DNA of 64,000 nt from Octopus vulgaris (GCA_951406725.2 OX597820.1:16244001-16308000), one strand, 5' to 3'. Numbered from the stretch's first letter, positions 12,160-24,821 are shown. A program made the numbers and translations. The notes: a model not told the origin generated them from the sequence alone.

Positions 12160-13030
12160 GGGTGCAGTGAATAAACTGTTGACGAAATTACGAAAAAAAG
12201 AAAATAACGCTGACATCTCATTTTAACAGATATATTTACCAAAATTACTTTAAAATATCTTGAAATACTAAAGAGTAAATCTATTCAATAAAATCACCAT
12301 TGGCTTCAACCACGGCCTCCAAACGACTTCGGAATCTCCTGCAACTCTTCTGGACAATCTCCTTGTTTAAGTTGATGAATGCTGCCATAATCTTTGCCCT
12401 CAGTTCATCTTTGGTGTTACAAGAAGTTTTGTTGGTCTCTCGCTCAACTGTGCCCCACAAATAATAACCAAGTGAGTTGAAATCAGGGGAGCTAGCTGGC
12501 CAGATGTTATGGGGGATGTGGTCGCAGAAATTGTCTAACAGCCGTGACTGGGTTCTCCTGCTTATATGGCATGGTGCAGAGACCCATTTGCCAGACACAG
12601 GGTCTTCCAGTAGCCACCGTCTTGTCCCAGAGCAGCACCGCCTTCTTCAGGCACTTGGTGTAGACCGCCGTGTTGAGTGTGAAGCGATGTGGGAAGACGA
12701 ATGGAAGCATAACGTCGCATTCACTAGTCATCACTCCAAACACCAGGATGTTAACTGCATGTTTGATTTTTATCACTCTCGGTAGATGTCCTCAGATTGA
12801 CACCCAAACACTCTGAAATGTTTGTATTGGAGCTCCCAGAGCGAATTTCAAGCAGCACAGCAAATCGTTTCCCAGATTTCTGGCTGAGTGAATTGCGTCA
12901 TAGTGCTGTTTTTCTCACAGGCGGTGCCCAACTGACTCTACCATACTGTGTAGTCGACAAAATAAAAAAAAACAATGCTCATGCGCTAAATTAAAAATAT
13001 AAAATTACGACATTACCCATCGCACCGTGT
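12158..13030 (-). pseudogene. maT/DD37D-type Tc1/mariner relic
   Basis: VFGVMTSECDVMLPFVFPH, SAPCH, WPASSPDFNSLGYYLWG, RSRLEAVVEANGDFIE; degenerate cagggtg-like ends at TA sites. Confidence 0.8.
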
Positions 13031-13043
13031 ATGTATGTGTACA

Positions 13044-13113
<70 letters not shown>

Positions 13114-13156
13114 ATTGAAGAAATGGAGCTGAACGAAGATTGAACAGAAATCGTTT

Positions 13157-13249
13157 TATTTCATTCTACACGTGTTTCGAAAGGCACAATTTACCAAATT
13201 CCGATTGAATAATGAGACCATATTGTGTCTTTCTCTTCAGGAAGAAATA
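13157..13249 (-). ncRNA. Mirror-image copy of the same hammerhead ribozyme
   Basis: Exact reverse complement of 13325-13417. Confidence 0.8.
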
Positions 13250-13324
13250 GGAAATCCGTTGGAAAAAACAAAAACAGAACAGAGGCGGAGCAAAACAAAT
13301 CGAACTAGGCTCCAACGGATTTCC

Positions 13325-13417
13325 TATTTCTTCCTGAAGAGAAAGACACAATATGGTCTCATTATTCAATCGGAATTTGGTAAATTGTGCCTTTCGAAAC
13401 ACGTGTAGAATGAAATA
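13325..13417 (+). ncRNA. Type I hammerhead ribozyme with full consensus core
   Basis: Stem I tatttcttc/gaa(t)gaaata; CTGAAGA 13334-13340; stem II gaaagacacaat/attgtgcctttc; GAAAC-acgt-GTA (13405-13407). Confidence 0.8.
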
Positions 13418-13622
13418 AAACGATTTCTGTTCAATCTTCGTTCAGCTCCATTTCTTCAATTCACTAATAATATTAAAATTCAATTATCCGCACCAACGCA
13501 CGGTTGCAACACCATATGGTTGTACCTCCAACCGTGCTGTCTTCTGCTGTGATTTTTGCTACCAAGGTATCGGTTAAACTTTTGATTAATCTGCAACAAG
13601 ATTATTCATCTTTCTATTTCAC

Positions 13623-13671
<49 letters not shown>

Positions 13672-13690
13672 GTATATGTATATGTATAGG

Positions 13691-13763
<73 letters not shown>

Positions 13764-13834
13764 CGACAGAGAGAGAGAGATCTATTTCAAGATCTTTATA
13801 TTTGCTCAGTTTTTGGTAGGTCTTGACAGGTACG

Positions 13835-13900
<66 letters not shown>

Positions 13901-13902
13901 GC

Positions 13903-13974
<72 letters not shown>

Positions 13975-13975
13975 T

Positions 13976-14531
13976 GAGTGAGAGAGCAGTGCATGCCATC
14001 AAGGTGACACTGAGGTAAAATATACGAAACCCTGTATACCCATCATGACTACCCGTCTGATAAGGGTACACTAGGTACTTGCATCACAACCATTTGTGCG
14101 CGAAATGGTGATCTTATATCGAGATAAACTGCACATGACCTTGCAGGTGGGGCCCAGTTAGAATTTTCTTCTGGTCGAGTAGCCCAGCCCGCTCAAAAGA
14201 TCCCTGAATAAGGATTGTTTAAGGATGTTGAACGAACCACCCATGTTTCCAAAGGTGAATTATCCAAACCTCTAAGAATTCCTTTCAACACACGGCTATG
14301 ATGCTCCTCCACTACTTCTGCTCGTGATCAGAGATGCACATATCGTCAGCCACTAAGGGACATACTCAACTGGTTAAGGTCAAGCAACTGACAAGCAAAT
14401 CTGTGGTAATGAGCAGAATATTTGCTGTAGCCCATCTTTTATACCAAGACAAAACTATGTACATGATAACACTTCCAATCAGTTAAGATCAGAAGCCATG
14501 AGAGCCACTGTCTGGTACTGCATCAGGGCAT
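13976..14531 (-). mobile_element. ~555 bp non-coding element flanked by (TAA)n on both sides
   Basis: Second copy at 8345-8672, also at (TTA)n; no recognisable ORF; orientation uncertain. Confidence 0.7.
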
Positions 14532-14574
14532 TTATTATTATCATTATTATTTTTTTTTTTTTTTAAGTTAAATT

Positions 14575-14744
14575 AAAATACATGAGCAGCAACAGTTCTC
14601 ACATCGACAATGCTCTTCTCAATACGTGTGATGTACCAGTTAAGACAATCTTTTGCACTTCTTGCAGGGATGATAAGCCAGGGATCATTCTCATATAATT
14701 TTCGGTTCCCTTCTTGATCATTCCTAGTGCTCCTACGATCACTG

Positions 14745-14747
<3 letters not shown>
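14575..14747 (-). pseudogene. 3' end of an R4/Dong-like RLE non-LTR retrotransposon inside (TAA)n
   Basis: IPVIVGALGMIKKG...LQEVQKIVLTGTSHVLRRAL* C-terminal signature. Confidence 0.75.
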
Positions 14748-14806
<59 letters not shown>

Positions 14807-14856
14807 TGCAATAAATTTTATCTGCTATATCTAGCAGATCAAGTCTATGCTGACTT

Positions 14857-15030
14857 GTAGTAGTAGTAGTACTAGTAGTAGTGGGGGGAGTAGTGGAAGT
14901 GGCGGTAGTGGTGGCGGTGGTGGCGGTGGTGGTGGTGGTGGTAGTGGTGGTGGTGATGGTGGTGGTAGTGGTGGTGGTGGTGGTGGTGGTGGTGGTGGTG
15001 GTGGTGGTGGTGGTGGTGGTGGTGGCAGTG
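14857..15030. repeat. (GTA)n/(GTG)n trinucleotide tract
   Basis: Direct reading. Confidence 0.95.
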
Positions 15031-15204
15031 GGCAGTGCAAGGAACAACATTACTATACAAGGAAATCAAAAGAGCTGTGTGAATGCGAACTGGTGTTTCT
15101 TGGAATTCTATCGCATTTTAGCAGAAAAAAAAACATAGAGAGGAGGTACCTATCGGTCAATGAGACGCGCGCACTCACACACACACACACGCACACACAC
15201 ACAC

Positions 15205-15262
<58 letters not shown>

Positions 15263-15334
15263 TCTCACGCACACATATATATAGCACATCCTGTATGTAA
15301 CCTGCATGTGTGTATGTATGTGTTTGTATTTGTG

Positions 15335-15375
<41 letters not shown>

Positions 15376-15726
15376 TTGTGTGTGTGCATACATACACACC
15401 TGAATGTCATGTGACTAGTAATAGTTCGTGTTTGTTATTTTGATTTTTTACTTTTGTTATTGATCTAGTTTTTTTTTTTTGTAATTGTTGGTTTATTGTT
15501 GTTTTAAATGTATGTAGGGTGGGCGGTTATTTTTCCTTTCTTTCAGAAACACCTACATAATTTTCTTGTTTTTTTTTTTTTGTTCCTTTCGTATTTTGTT
15601 GTTTTTTTTTTTGTTCCTTTCGTATTTTGTTGTTTTTTTTCCCTTGATTGTAACGTTGTTGATGATGTCGATGGTGGGGTGATGGTTGTGGTAGTGGAAG
15701 TGTACGCGTGTGTGTGTGTGTGATGG

Positions 15727-15763
<37 letters not shown>

Positions 15764-16146
15764 TGTGTTCTTTTGTGAAAATATATAAAGAAGGGATAGG
15801 CACAACAACGAACCAATGTTTGTACAAAAGCCACACCTTCAATTTTTCTTTTCTCTCTTTCACTTTACTCAGCAAATCGTTTTCACTGTTCGTTTTCTCC
15901 GAGTTGTACTCCGAGTTGCAGCTTGCACTGTTGCTCTTATCGTCGTCGTCGTCATCATCGTCGTCGTTCTTTTTCGATGGGTTGTGCTTCTCTGTAGTGG
16001 TGGCCCTGTGTATTTATCGGCGTTTTTTTTTAGTATGCGCATTTGTGCGTATGTGTGAAATGCTTGTTTGTGCGTTCGTTTGTCAGTGTGTATATGTGTG
16101 TATGCGTGTGTGTATGTGGGGGGAATAGATAGAATAACGAAAGAGT

Positions 16147-16149
<3 letters not shown>

Positions 16150-16180
<31 letters not shown>

Positions 16181-16650
16181 AACAGAGAGAGAGAGAGCAA
16201 CCGAGAGAGAGAGAGCAACAGAGAGAGAGAACAACAGAGAGAGAACAACAGAGAGAGAGATAGCAACAGAGAGAGAGAGCAACAGAGAGAGAGATAGCAA
16301 CAGAGAGAGAGAGCAACAGAGAGAGAGCAACAGAGAGAGAGAGAGTAGAAGAGAGAGAGAGAGAGAGCAACAGAGAGAGAGCAACAGAGAGAGAGAGCAA
16401 CAGAGAGAGAGAGCAACAGAGAGAGAGAGAGAGAGCAACAGAGAGAGAGAGTAGAGAGAGAGAGAGAGTAGAAGAGAGAGAGAGAGAGCAACAGAGAGAG
16501 AGAGCAACAGAGAGAGAACAACAGAGAGAGAACAACAGAGAGAGAGCAACAGAGAGAGAGTAGTAGAGAGAGAGTGCAACAGAGAGAGAGAGAGCAACAG
16601 AGAGAGAGAGAGAGCAACAGAGAGAGAGAGAGAGAGCAACAGAGAGAGAG
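16150..16650. repeat. Compound (GA)n-GCAACA repeat
   Basis: Many gagagagagcaaca units of variable GA length. Confidence 0.95.
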
Positions 16651-16887
16651 CGAAAGAAAGAAAGATAGAGCGAAATATTGAGAGAGAAAGAGATAACCAC
16701 ACTTCAGAAAGGAAAGTGTTTATGAAAAGAAACAAGACACAAAGATTGGGGAGAGATACGTTTTTAAGCACAATATCTGTGCATATACATAATCATGTAG
16801 ATACGAGGATATGCACGTATAGGTAAATGTGCATGTGTGTGTGTTTATGTGTGCGTCTGTGCATGTGTGTGCGTGTGTGTTTGTGTT

Positions 16888-16950
<63 letters not shown>

Positions 16951-16974
16951 GTGTGCACCCGCCCGCGCTTGAAA

Positions 16975-17249
16975 GCACGTGGCCAGGTGGTTAGGGTACT
17001 GCACTCACGATCGCTAAATCATGGGTTCGATTCCTGACCGAGCGCCACGTTGTGTTCTTCAGCAAAGCATTTCATTCCTCGCTACTCCAGTCCACTCAGC
17101 TGTAAGTGGGTTACCCAGCGACGGACTTGCCTCCTGATCAGGGGCAATGTTGGTCTGCTCACCTAGCCAGCGAGGTGGCCTCATTCGAAAGCTAAAACAA
17201 TGTGAAGCGCATTGTGACCAGCGATGCATATCAACATCCGATAGTCTGT

Positions 17250-17250
<1 letters not shown>
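16975..17250 (+). mobile_element. SINE family D, diverged copy
   Basis: tRNA-like head and gaagcgcattgtgaccagcgatg 3' part. Confidence 0.75.
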
Positions 17251-17348
<98 letters not shown>

Positions 17349-17649
17349 ATTTAAATGTATGTATGTGCGTGTGTTTGTGTTTGTGTGTGTATGTGAATGT
17401 GTGTACATGTGCGTACGTGTATACGTGTGTGCATGTACGCATAGGGTTACTTAGCATAACAGAATTTTAACTTATGACAAGATTGTTAAGAAACGCAACA
17501 TTCCTCTTTTGTTTTTCTAACCACATTGGTGTTCCGAGGGCAGCTGATTTCTACAACAGAACACATATCTTTTTCCTTGCGGTCCCACACAGCAGTATCT
17601 AGCCAGTTCTGTTTTTTTAATTTGGTGTCCGTTTAAATTTTAAGTATAC

Positions 17650-17888
17650 CTATTTCTATTTCTTTATTACCCACAAGGAGCTAAACACAGAGGGGACAAA
17701 CAAGGACAGACATAGGTATTAAGTCGATTACATCGACCCCAGTGCGTAACTGGTACTTAATTTATCGACCCCGAAAGGATGAAAGGCAAAGTCAACCTCG
17801 GCGGAATTTGAACTCACAACGTAACGCAGACGAAATACCGCTAAGCATTTCGTCCGGCGTGCTAACGTTTCTGCCAGCTCACCGCCTT
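17650..17888 (-). mobile_element. SINE family B monomer
   Basis: Full head-to-(GAAATA)n tail copy. Confidence 0.88.
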
Positions 17889-17904
17889 AGTATACCTTTG
17901 ATCT

Positions 17905-18420
17905 TAGTATACCAGTATACCTTTGATCTATCAATTCCAAAATGATCATCTTCATCTGTACGTGTTTTCCTCTTTGTTATCCTATTCCAGGCTGTTCTGG
18001 CCACCACATCATGTCTCACGAGAAGATAATATGTGAAAGCCATTCTCTTGCAGTTGGCAATTAATATGGTTGATGTCTTCAGCTTTGCTCTTGTACATCC
18101 TACATTTGTTACCTCTAAACATTTTCTGCCTTTTGTGTTGACGGTTTTTGGCTGGAATCTCTTGTTCGTGAATTGCATGGAGGTAGCCTTCGAAGTGGGA
18201 CGTGATACACTTGTCGGTACTCCATGCCAGGCCTTTGATAGGACCAATTCTTTCTATGGTTTGTGTTTTTTTTTTCGTATCAAGTAGCCATGTACTCGTA
18301 CTATTTTCTCGGTGAACGGTTCTTCTGATAAACAGATTTTACCAACGTTCCTTGGAGAGAGATCTGTATCAGTTCTTATTTCATACCTTTCCTCAGGTTC
18401 ATTAGCTATCCTAATTATGC
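17905..18420 (-). pseudogene. R4/Dong-like non-LTR fragment (post-RT and zinc-knuckle region)
   Basis: TSHFEGYLHAIHEQEI, then across a frameshift ANCKRMAFTYYLLVRHDVVA. Confidence 0.65.
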
Positions 18421-18427
18421 TGTTGAT

Positions 18428-18524
18428 GTATGTATGCATATATGTATGTACGTACGTACGTACGTATGTATGTATGTATGTATGTATGTATGTATGTATG
18501 TATGTATGTATGTATGTATGTATG

Positions 18525-18555
<31 letters not shown>

Positions 18556-18966
18556 GTATGTATGCATGTATGTAAGCATGTATGTATGTATGTATGCACG
18601 TAGGTACGTATGTACGTATGTATGTATGTGCATGTATGTATGTATGTAAGTATGTATGTAGTCATGTATATATGTATGTATGTATGTATGTACGTACGTA
18701 CGTATATATGTATGTATATATGTATGTATGCATGTATGTATGTATGTATGTATGTATGTATGTATGTATGTATGTATGTATGTATGTATGCATGTATGTA
18801 TGTATGTATGTGTATGTCTCTTCTGATTTTAATCATTGAAATACTTCCTCCGAAGTTTCTAACAATTATACAAAACACTATCGTTGGTTTCTAGAAACAA
18901 GTGCTACATTTTACAGCTGGCATAAATGTAAATTTGAATCAGCTGAGTGAATACTGGTATGTATGA

Positions 18967-18997
<31 letters not shown>

Positions 18998-19915
18998 TGT
19001 ATGTATGTGTGTATGTATGTATGTATGTATGTATGTATGTATGTATATGTATGTATGTATGTGTGTATGTATGTATGTATGTATGTATGTATGTATGTAT
19101 GTATGTATGTATGTATGTATGTATGTGTGTATGTATGTATGTATGTATGTATGTATGTATGTATGTATGTATGTATGTATGTATGTATGTATGTATGTAT
19201 GTATGTATGTATGTATGTATGTATGTATGTATGTATATGTATGTATGTATGTGTGTATGTATGTATGTATGTGTGTATGTATGTATGTATGTATGTATGT
19301 ATGTGTGTATGTATGTGTGTATGTATGTATGTATGTATGTATGTATGTATGTATGTATGTATGTATGTATGTATGTATGTGTGTATGTATGTGTGTGTGT
19401 GTGTATGTGTGTATGTATGTATGTATGTATGTATGTATGTATGTGTGTATGTATGTATGTATGTGTGTATGTATGTATGTATGTATGTGTGTATGTATGT
19501 ATGTGTGTATGTATGTATGTATGTATGTGTGTGTGTATGTATGTATGTATGTATGCGTGTATGTATGTATGTATGTATGTATGTGTGTATGTATGTATGT
19601 GTGTATGTATGTATGTATGCATGTGTGTATGTATGTATGTGTGTATGTGTGTATATATGTATGTATGTATGTGTGTATGTATGTATGTGTGTATGTGTGT
19701 ATGTATATATGTATGTATGTATGTATGTGTGTATGTATGTATGTGTGTATGTATGTATGTATGTGTGTATGTGTGTATGTATGTATGTATGTGTGTATGT
19801 ATGTATGTATGTATGTGTGTGTGTATGTATGTGTATATGTATGTATGTATGTATATGTATATGTAAGTATGTGTATATGTATGTGTATATGTATGTATGT
19901 GTATATGTATGTATG

Positions 19916-19947
<32 letters not shown>

Positions 19948-20137
19948 TGTATGTATGTATGTATGTATGTATGTATGTATGTATGTATGTATGTATGTAT
20001 GTATGTATGTATGTATGTATGTATATGTATGTATGTATGTATGTGTATATGTATGTATGTGTATATGTATGTATGTATGTATGTATATGTATATGTAAGT
20101 ATGTGTATATGTATGTATGTGTATATGTATGTATGTG

Positions 20138-20169
<32 letters not shown>

Positions 20170-20281
20170 TGTATGTATGTATGTATGTATGTATGTATGT
20201 ATGTATGTATGTATGTATGTATGTATGTATGTATGTATGTATGTATGTATGTATGTATGTATGTATATGTATGTATGTATG

Positions 20282-20313
<32 letters not shown>

Positions 20314-20539
20314 TGTATGTATGTATGTATGTATGTATGTATGTATGTATGTATGTATGTATGTATGTATGTATGTATGTATGTATGTATGTATGTATGT
20401 GTGTATGTATGTATGTGTATGTATGTATGTATGTATGTATGTATGTATGTATGTATGTATGTGTGTATGTATGTATGTATGTGTGTGTATGTATGTATGT
20501 GTGTGTATGTATGTATGTATGTATGTATGTATGTATGTA

Positions 20540-20570
<31 letters not shown>

Positions 20571-20866
20571 ATGTATGTATGTATGTGTGTATGTATGTAT
20601 GTATGTATGTTTGTATGTATGTGTGTATGTATGTATGTATGTGTGTGTATGTATGTATGTGTGTGTATGTATGTATGTATGTATGTATGTATGTATCTAT
20701 GTATGTATGTGTGTGTATGTTTGTATGTATGTATGTATGTATGTATGTATGTGTGTATGTATGTATGTATGTATGTATGTGTGTATGTATGTGTGTATGT
20801 GTGTATGTATATATGTATGTGTGTATGTATGTATGTATGTATGTATGTATGTATGTATGTATGTAT
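18428..20866 (+). repeat. Very long (TATG)n microsatellite (18428-18810 and 18958-20866)
   Basis: Direct reading; source of the MYVC/HTYI pseudo-ORFs. Confidence 0.98.
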
Positions 20867-20875
20867 ATTATAGCC

Positions 20876-21417
20876 GGTCACTTTCGAATGCTACTGGTAA
20901 CATGTAACCCAGTACAAACCAAAAACATGGTCGGGTCGTCGGCGACTAAACCGGCAACCCTACCAAGCTTCCTTGGTGAGGAGGGTGTTTATTGAACACC
21001 CTGCGGGATGAAAAACAAAACCCGTCAAAGGGCGGAGGAACTCTTGAGAGTCAACGGCCATCCAATAAATGTCTTAAGGCTGGATCGTGCGCGGGGACAT
21101 AGAAATAATCGGACTGAATACCCGATCGCGCGATTAAACCATTGGGAGTGAAGGACTCCTAGCCTTTGTTAGGGCATCCTTCTAGGAGATGGTAACTCAG
21201 GTAACTGGGATAACTCCGAAATAAAACCTGCGGCTCAGTGGTTACCGATGATGTTGACTTGTTCTTTTCGAATTATGGCTGCTGTTGCTTAGTGAGTGGG
21301 ATTGACTCAGTGGACAGCCTTTCCTCAAAAAAAAATCTTCTTGCACAGGCATTGCACAATAACAACATTGATTAAGCTTCGTGCAATGGCCATACTCGAT
21401 AACGAGGGGCAGCCACC
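20876..21417 (+). mobile_element. Non-coding ~540 bp retroelement with (TATG)n tail, probably an internally deleted RTE
   Basis: Second copy at 49411-49949 on the minus strand; 3' end resembles the RTE 3' end at 23715-23750. Confidence 0.7.
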
Positions 21418-21448
21418 ATGTATGTATGTTTGTATGTATGTATGTATG

Positions 21449-21479
<31 letters not shown>

Positions 21480-21521
21480 GTATGTAGACACTTGAGTGTA
21501 AACAAAAAAATGAAAAGAGAG

Positions 21522-21945
21522 GGATCTTTTCGGTTTGAACGGCAGTTTTTTCTAGCGGTGTCATATGAAATTGTCACCCATAATTATGACCCTAGTATCG
21601 ATCTATTGCATTTCAATCTATTTTAGGGTTAGGGTTAGTTAGGGTTAAGGTTAGGGTTAGGGGTGGGGGAAGGGTATCTTTTTTTCTTCACAAATGTAAA
21701 TAAACCCAACCTGTTTTTTAAACGAGGGACATATTCATACGGCACAGAATAGCCGTCATTGATTGGTTGAAATTGCAGAAACTGAAGAAAAAAAAACAAC
21801 AAAATCTCACAAACTATAGAATTTTCTCAATAAAGCCAAGAGAAAAAGATGTTTTATAAACACATTCTACCAGCATACGAAGTTTAAAATGTTTTAGTTA
21901 CCTAGAAATTATGTTAAAAAACTGCCGTTCAAACCGAAAAGATCC
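21522..21945. mobile_element. MITE with perfect 30 bp TIRs and internal TTAGGG-like repeats
   Basis: GGATCTTTTCGGTTTGAACGGCAGTTTTTT / AAAAAACTGCCGTTCAAACCGAAAAGATCC; ttagggttagggtt at 21622-21663. Confidence 0.88.
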
Positions 21946-22189
21946 AAAGGGAGTATTCGATATTGAATGATGAATGTTCCGTTTCATTGGAAGCTGAATA
22001 TTCACAAATTGCTAACCCCTAGTATCTCTATTCTGATCTTGAATTACGCAGAGTCTACCTTAACCGACTCTAGTTTCTAAGTGCTATAAACAGCTATAAC
22101 TTACTATTCTCTCGACGGAGAAAAGAAGGGTGTTCATTCTCTATCGTAAATCTATTAGGATCAGAAACTCGTTAGATCGATTCCAGTTT

Positions 22190-22414
22190 ACTCTTTTACT
22201 CTTTACTCTTTTACTCTTTTACTTGTTTCAGTCATTCGACTGCGGCCATGCTGGAGCACCGCCTTTAGTCGAGCAACTCGACCCCGGGACTTATTCTTTG
22301 TAAGCCCAGTACTTATTCTATCGGTCTCTTTTGCCGAACCGCTAAGTGACGGGGACGCAAACACACCAGCATCGGTTGTCAAGCAATGCTAGGGGAACAA
22401 ACACAGACACACAA

Positions 22415-22447
<33 letters not shown>

Positions 22448-22619
22448 CATATATACGACAGGCTTCTTTCAGTTTCCGTCTACCAAATCCACTCACAAGG
22501 CTTTGGTCGGCCCTGAGGCTATAGCAGAAGACACTTGCCCAAGGTGCCACGCAGTGGGACTGAACCCGGAACCATGTGGTTGGTTAGCAAGCTACTTACC
22601 ACACAGCCACTCCTGCGCC
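22190..22619 (-). mobile_element. SINE family A, full length
   Basis: Head ggcgcaggagtggctgtgtggtaag; tail (gtaaaaga)n. Confidence 0.9.
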
Positions 22620-22987
22620 TGTAGTTTGTCTACAGAGCTATAAAATCTATTTCGTAACCAATTTGTTTTCTTTATTCGGCAAAATTAGCCTTTTGTCTGT
22701 CGAAATCACTTCCATGAGTTTATTCTAACCGTCCAGACGTTTAGTAGGCCCTTGTTTCATACGTTTTGTGTAATATAAAGCTTTCCTTTCATACGTTCCG
22801 AGTTACTCTCCTGATTGAAAAATCATTATGATACATAACCCTGGCGCCCATGTCTTATAAATGATACGTGGGCGCCAAGGTTATGTCCCAGGTGTATCAC
22901 GTAGGATACATAGAACAAGTAAAGCGTTAAAATCGTATGGTTATTTAAAAAGTTAGTACCATATCCTTACATATCTATACCTAACTA

Positions 22988-23050
<63 letters not shown>

Positions 23051-23152
23051 TTATTCAGTTTAATTTCAAGATTTCTTGCCAATAGAAAAAGAGCCGGTTT
23101 CTATATTAGATCCAAGGCTCCTTCATTGAAATTTCAACATCAACAGGATATT

Positions 23153-23225
<73 letters not shown>

Positions 23226-23569
23226 ATTTGTATGTTTTGTTTTATGTATGTATTCTCATGCATAGAGTTGTATATCTAGATATGCTCATATATACTTAAA
23301 TGATAACTTTCTGAAAAATTTTACAGAATTTTACAATTCCAGTGAAGACTTTTACAGTTCCATTGATGACTTGTAGTCTTCGAATCAGCTTTCTCCTTTC
23401 TGGTTTTGAGAAGCCTATGTATGTATGTATGTATGTATGTATGTATGTATGTATGTATGTATGTATGTATGTATGTATGTATGTGTGCGTGTGTGTATGT
23501 ATGTGTATGTATGTATGTATGTATGTATGTATGTATGTGTATGTATGTATGTATGTATGTATGTATGTA

Positions 23570-23752
23570 CGTGCTCTCTCAAAAAAGGGGAAAGCTAGAT
23601 TTGCAATGTTTGTAGTCGTGTATGCTTGTCAAGAGCAGGGCTCATTAGCCACCAATGGAGCAGCAAATGCAAAATATAAGTTAGTCCTAGAGTGCACAAT
23701 GTACCTGAAGGTCAGCAATGGTCTTCCTCGGTCATGAGTGGACGGCCATAAT
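23570..23752 (+). pseudogene. Extreme 3' end of an RTE LINE inside (TATG)n
   Basis: ICNVCSRVCLSRAGLISHQ zinc-finger-like motif, short 3' UTR, (TGTA)n tail. Confidence 0.7.
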
Positions 23753-23922
23753 GAATGTATGTATGTCTCTTTGTATGTATGTATGTATTATGTATGTATG
23801 TATGTATGTATGTATGTATGTATGTATGTATCTAGCTATCTATCTGTCTATATGTATTAATATACGCACACATGTATATACACACACGCACACATACATA
23901 CATACATACATACATACATACA

Positions 23923-23956
<34 letters not shown>

Positions 23957-23967
23957 CATACATACAT

Positions 23968-24293
23968 AGGAGCACTCCGTCGGTTACGACGACGGGGGTC
24001 CCAGCTGATACGATCAACGGAACAGCTTGCTCGTGAAATTAACGTGCAAGTGGCTGAGCAATCCGCAGACACGTGTACCCTTAAAGTAGTTCTCGGGGAG
24101 ATTCAGCGTGACACAAAGTGTGACAAGGCCGGCCCTTTGAGTTACAGGTACTACTCATTTTTGCCAGCTGAGTGAACTGGAGCAACGTGAAATAAGGTGT
24201 CTTGCTCAAGGACACAACGCATCGCCGGGAATCGAACTCACGACCTTACGATCATGAGCCGAATACCCTAACCACTAAGCCACGCGCCCTCAC
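23968..24293 (-). mobile_element. SINE family C, full length
   Basis: tRNA-like head (gtggcttagtggttagggtattcgg...gagttcgattccc); 3' end accgacggagtgc; other copies at 29941-30262 and 46840-47155. Confidence 0.88.
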
Positions 24294-24294
24294 A

Positions 24295-24524
24295 ACATAC
24301 ATACATACATACATACATACATACATACATACATACATACATACATACATACATACATGCATGCATACATACATGCATGCATACATACATACATACACAC
24401 ACTCACTCACACACATACATACATACACACACGCACACTTACATACATACATACATACATGCATACATGCATACATACATACATACATACATACATACAT
24501 ACATACACATACATACACACACGC

Positions 24525-24559
<35 letters not shown>

Positions 24560-24790
24560 TACATACACACACACACACATACATACATACACACACATAC
24601 ACACACGCACACATACATACATACATGCATACATGCATGCATACATACATACATACATGCATGCATGCATGCATACATACATACATACATACATACATGC
24701 ATGCATACATACATACATACATGCATGCATGCATACATACATACATACATACATACATACATACAAACATACACACACACATACATACAA

Positions 24791-24821
<31 letters not shown>

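Larger units (their letters stand above)
13108..13625. mobile_element. Non-coding fold-back insert (PLE pseudo-LTR-like) flanked by (TA)n on both sides
   Basis: Perfect inverted arms 13108-13263 and 13311-13466, 47 bp spacer, unique 3' extension to 13625. Confidence 0.8.

Noticed and set aside
14802-15284. Poly-Gly/Pro/His/Thr ORFs; likewise poly-Leu at 44401-44931 and RE-rich at 16068-16454
   Set aside because: Simple-repeat translations.
18911-20995. Long ORFs of 300-656 aa (MYVC/HTYI repeats), also at 24-26, 30-32 and 55-56 kb
   Set aside because: Translations of stop-free (TATG)n/(TG)n microsatellites, not genes.
21622-21663. True or fused telomere
   Set aside because: Only a few degenerate TTAGGG units, located inside a MITE.
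23060-23410. Further HHR-like motifs (minus strand caatgaaggagcc...gaaaccggctc)
   Set aside because: Too many core deviations to call by eye.
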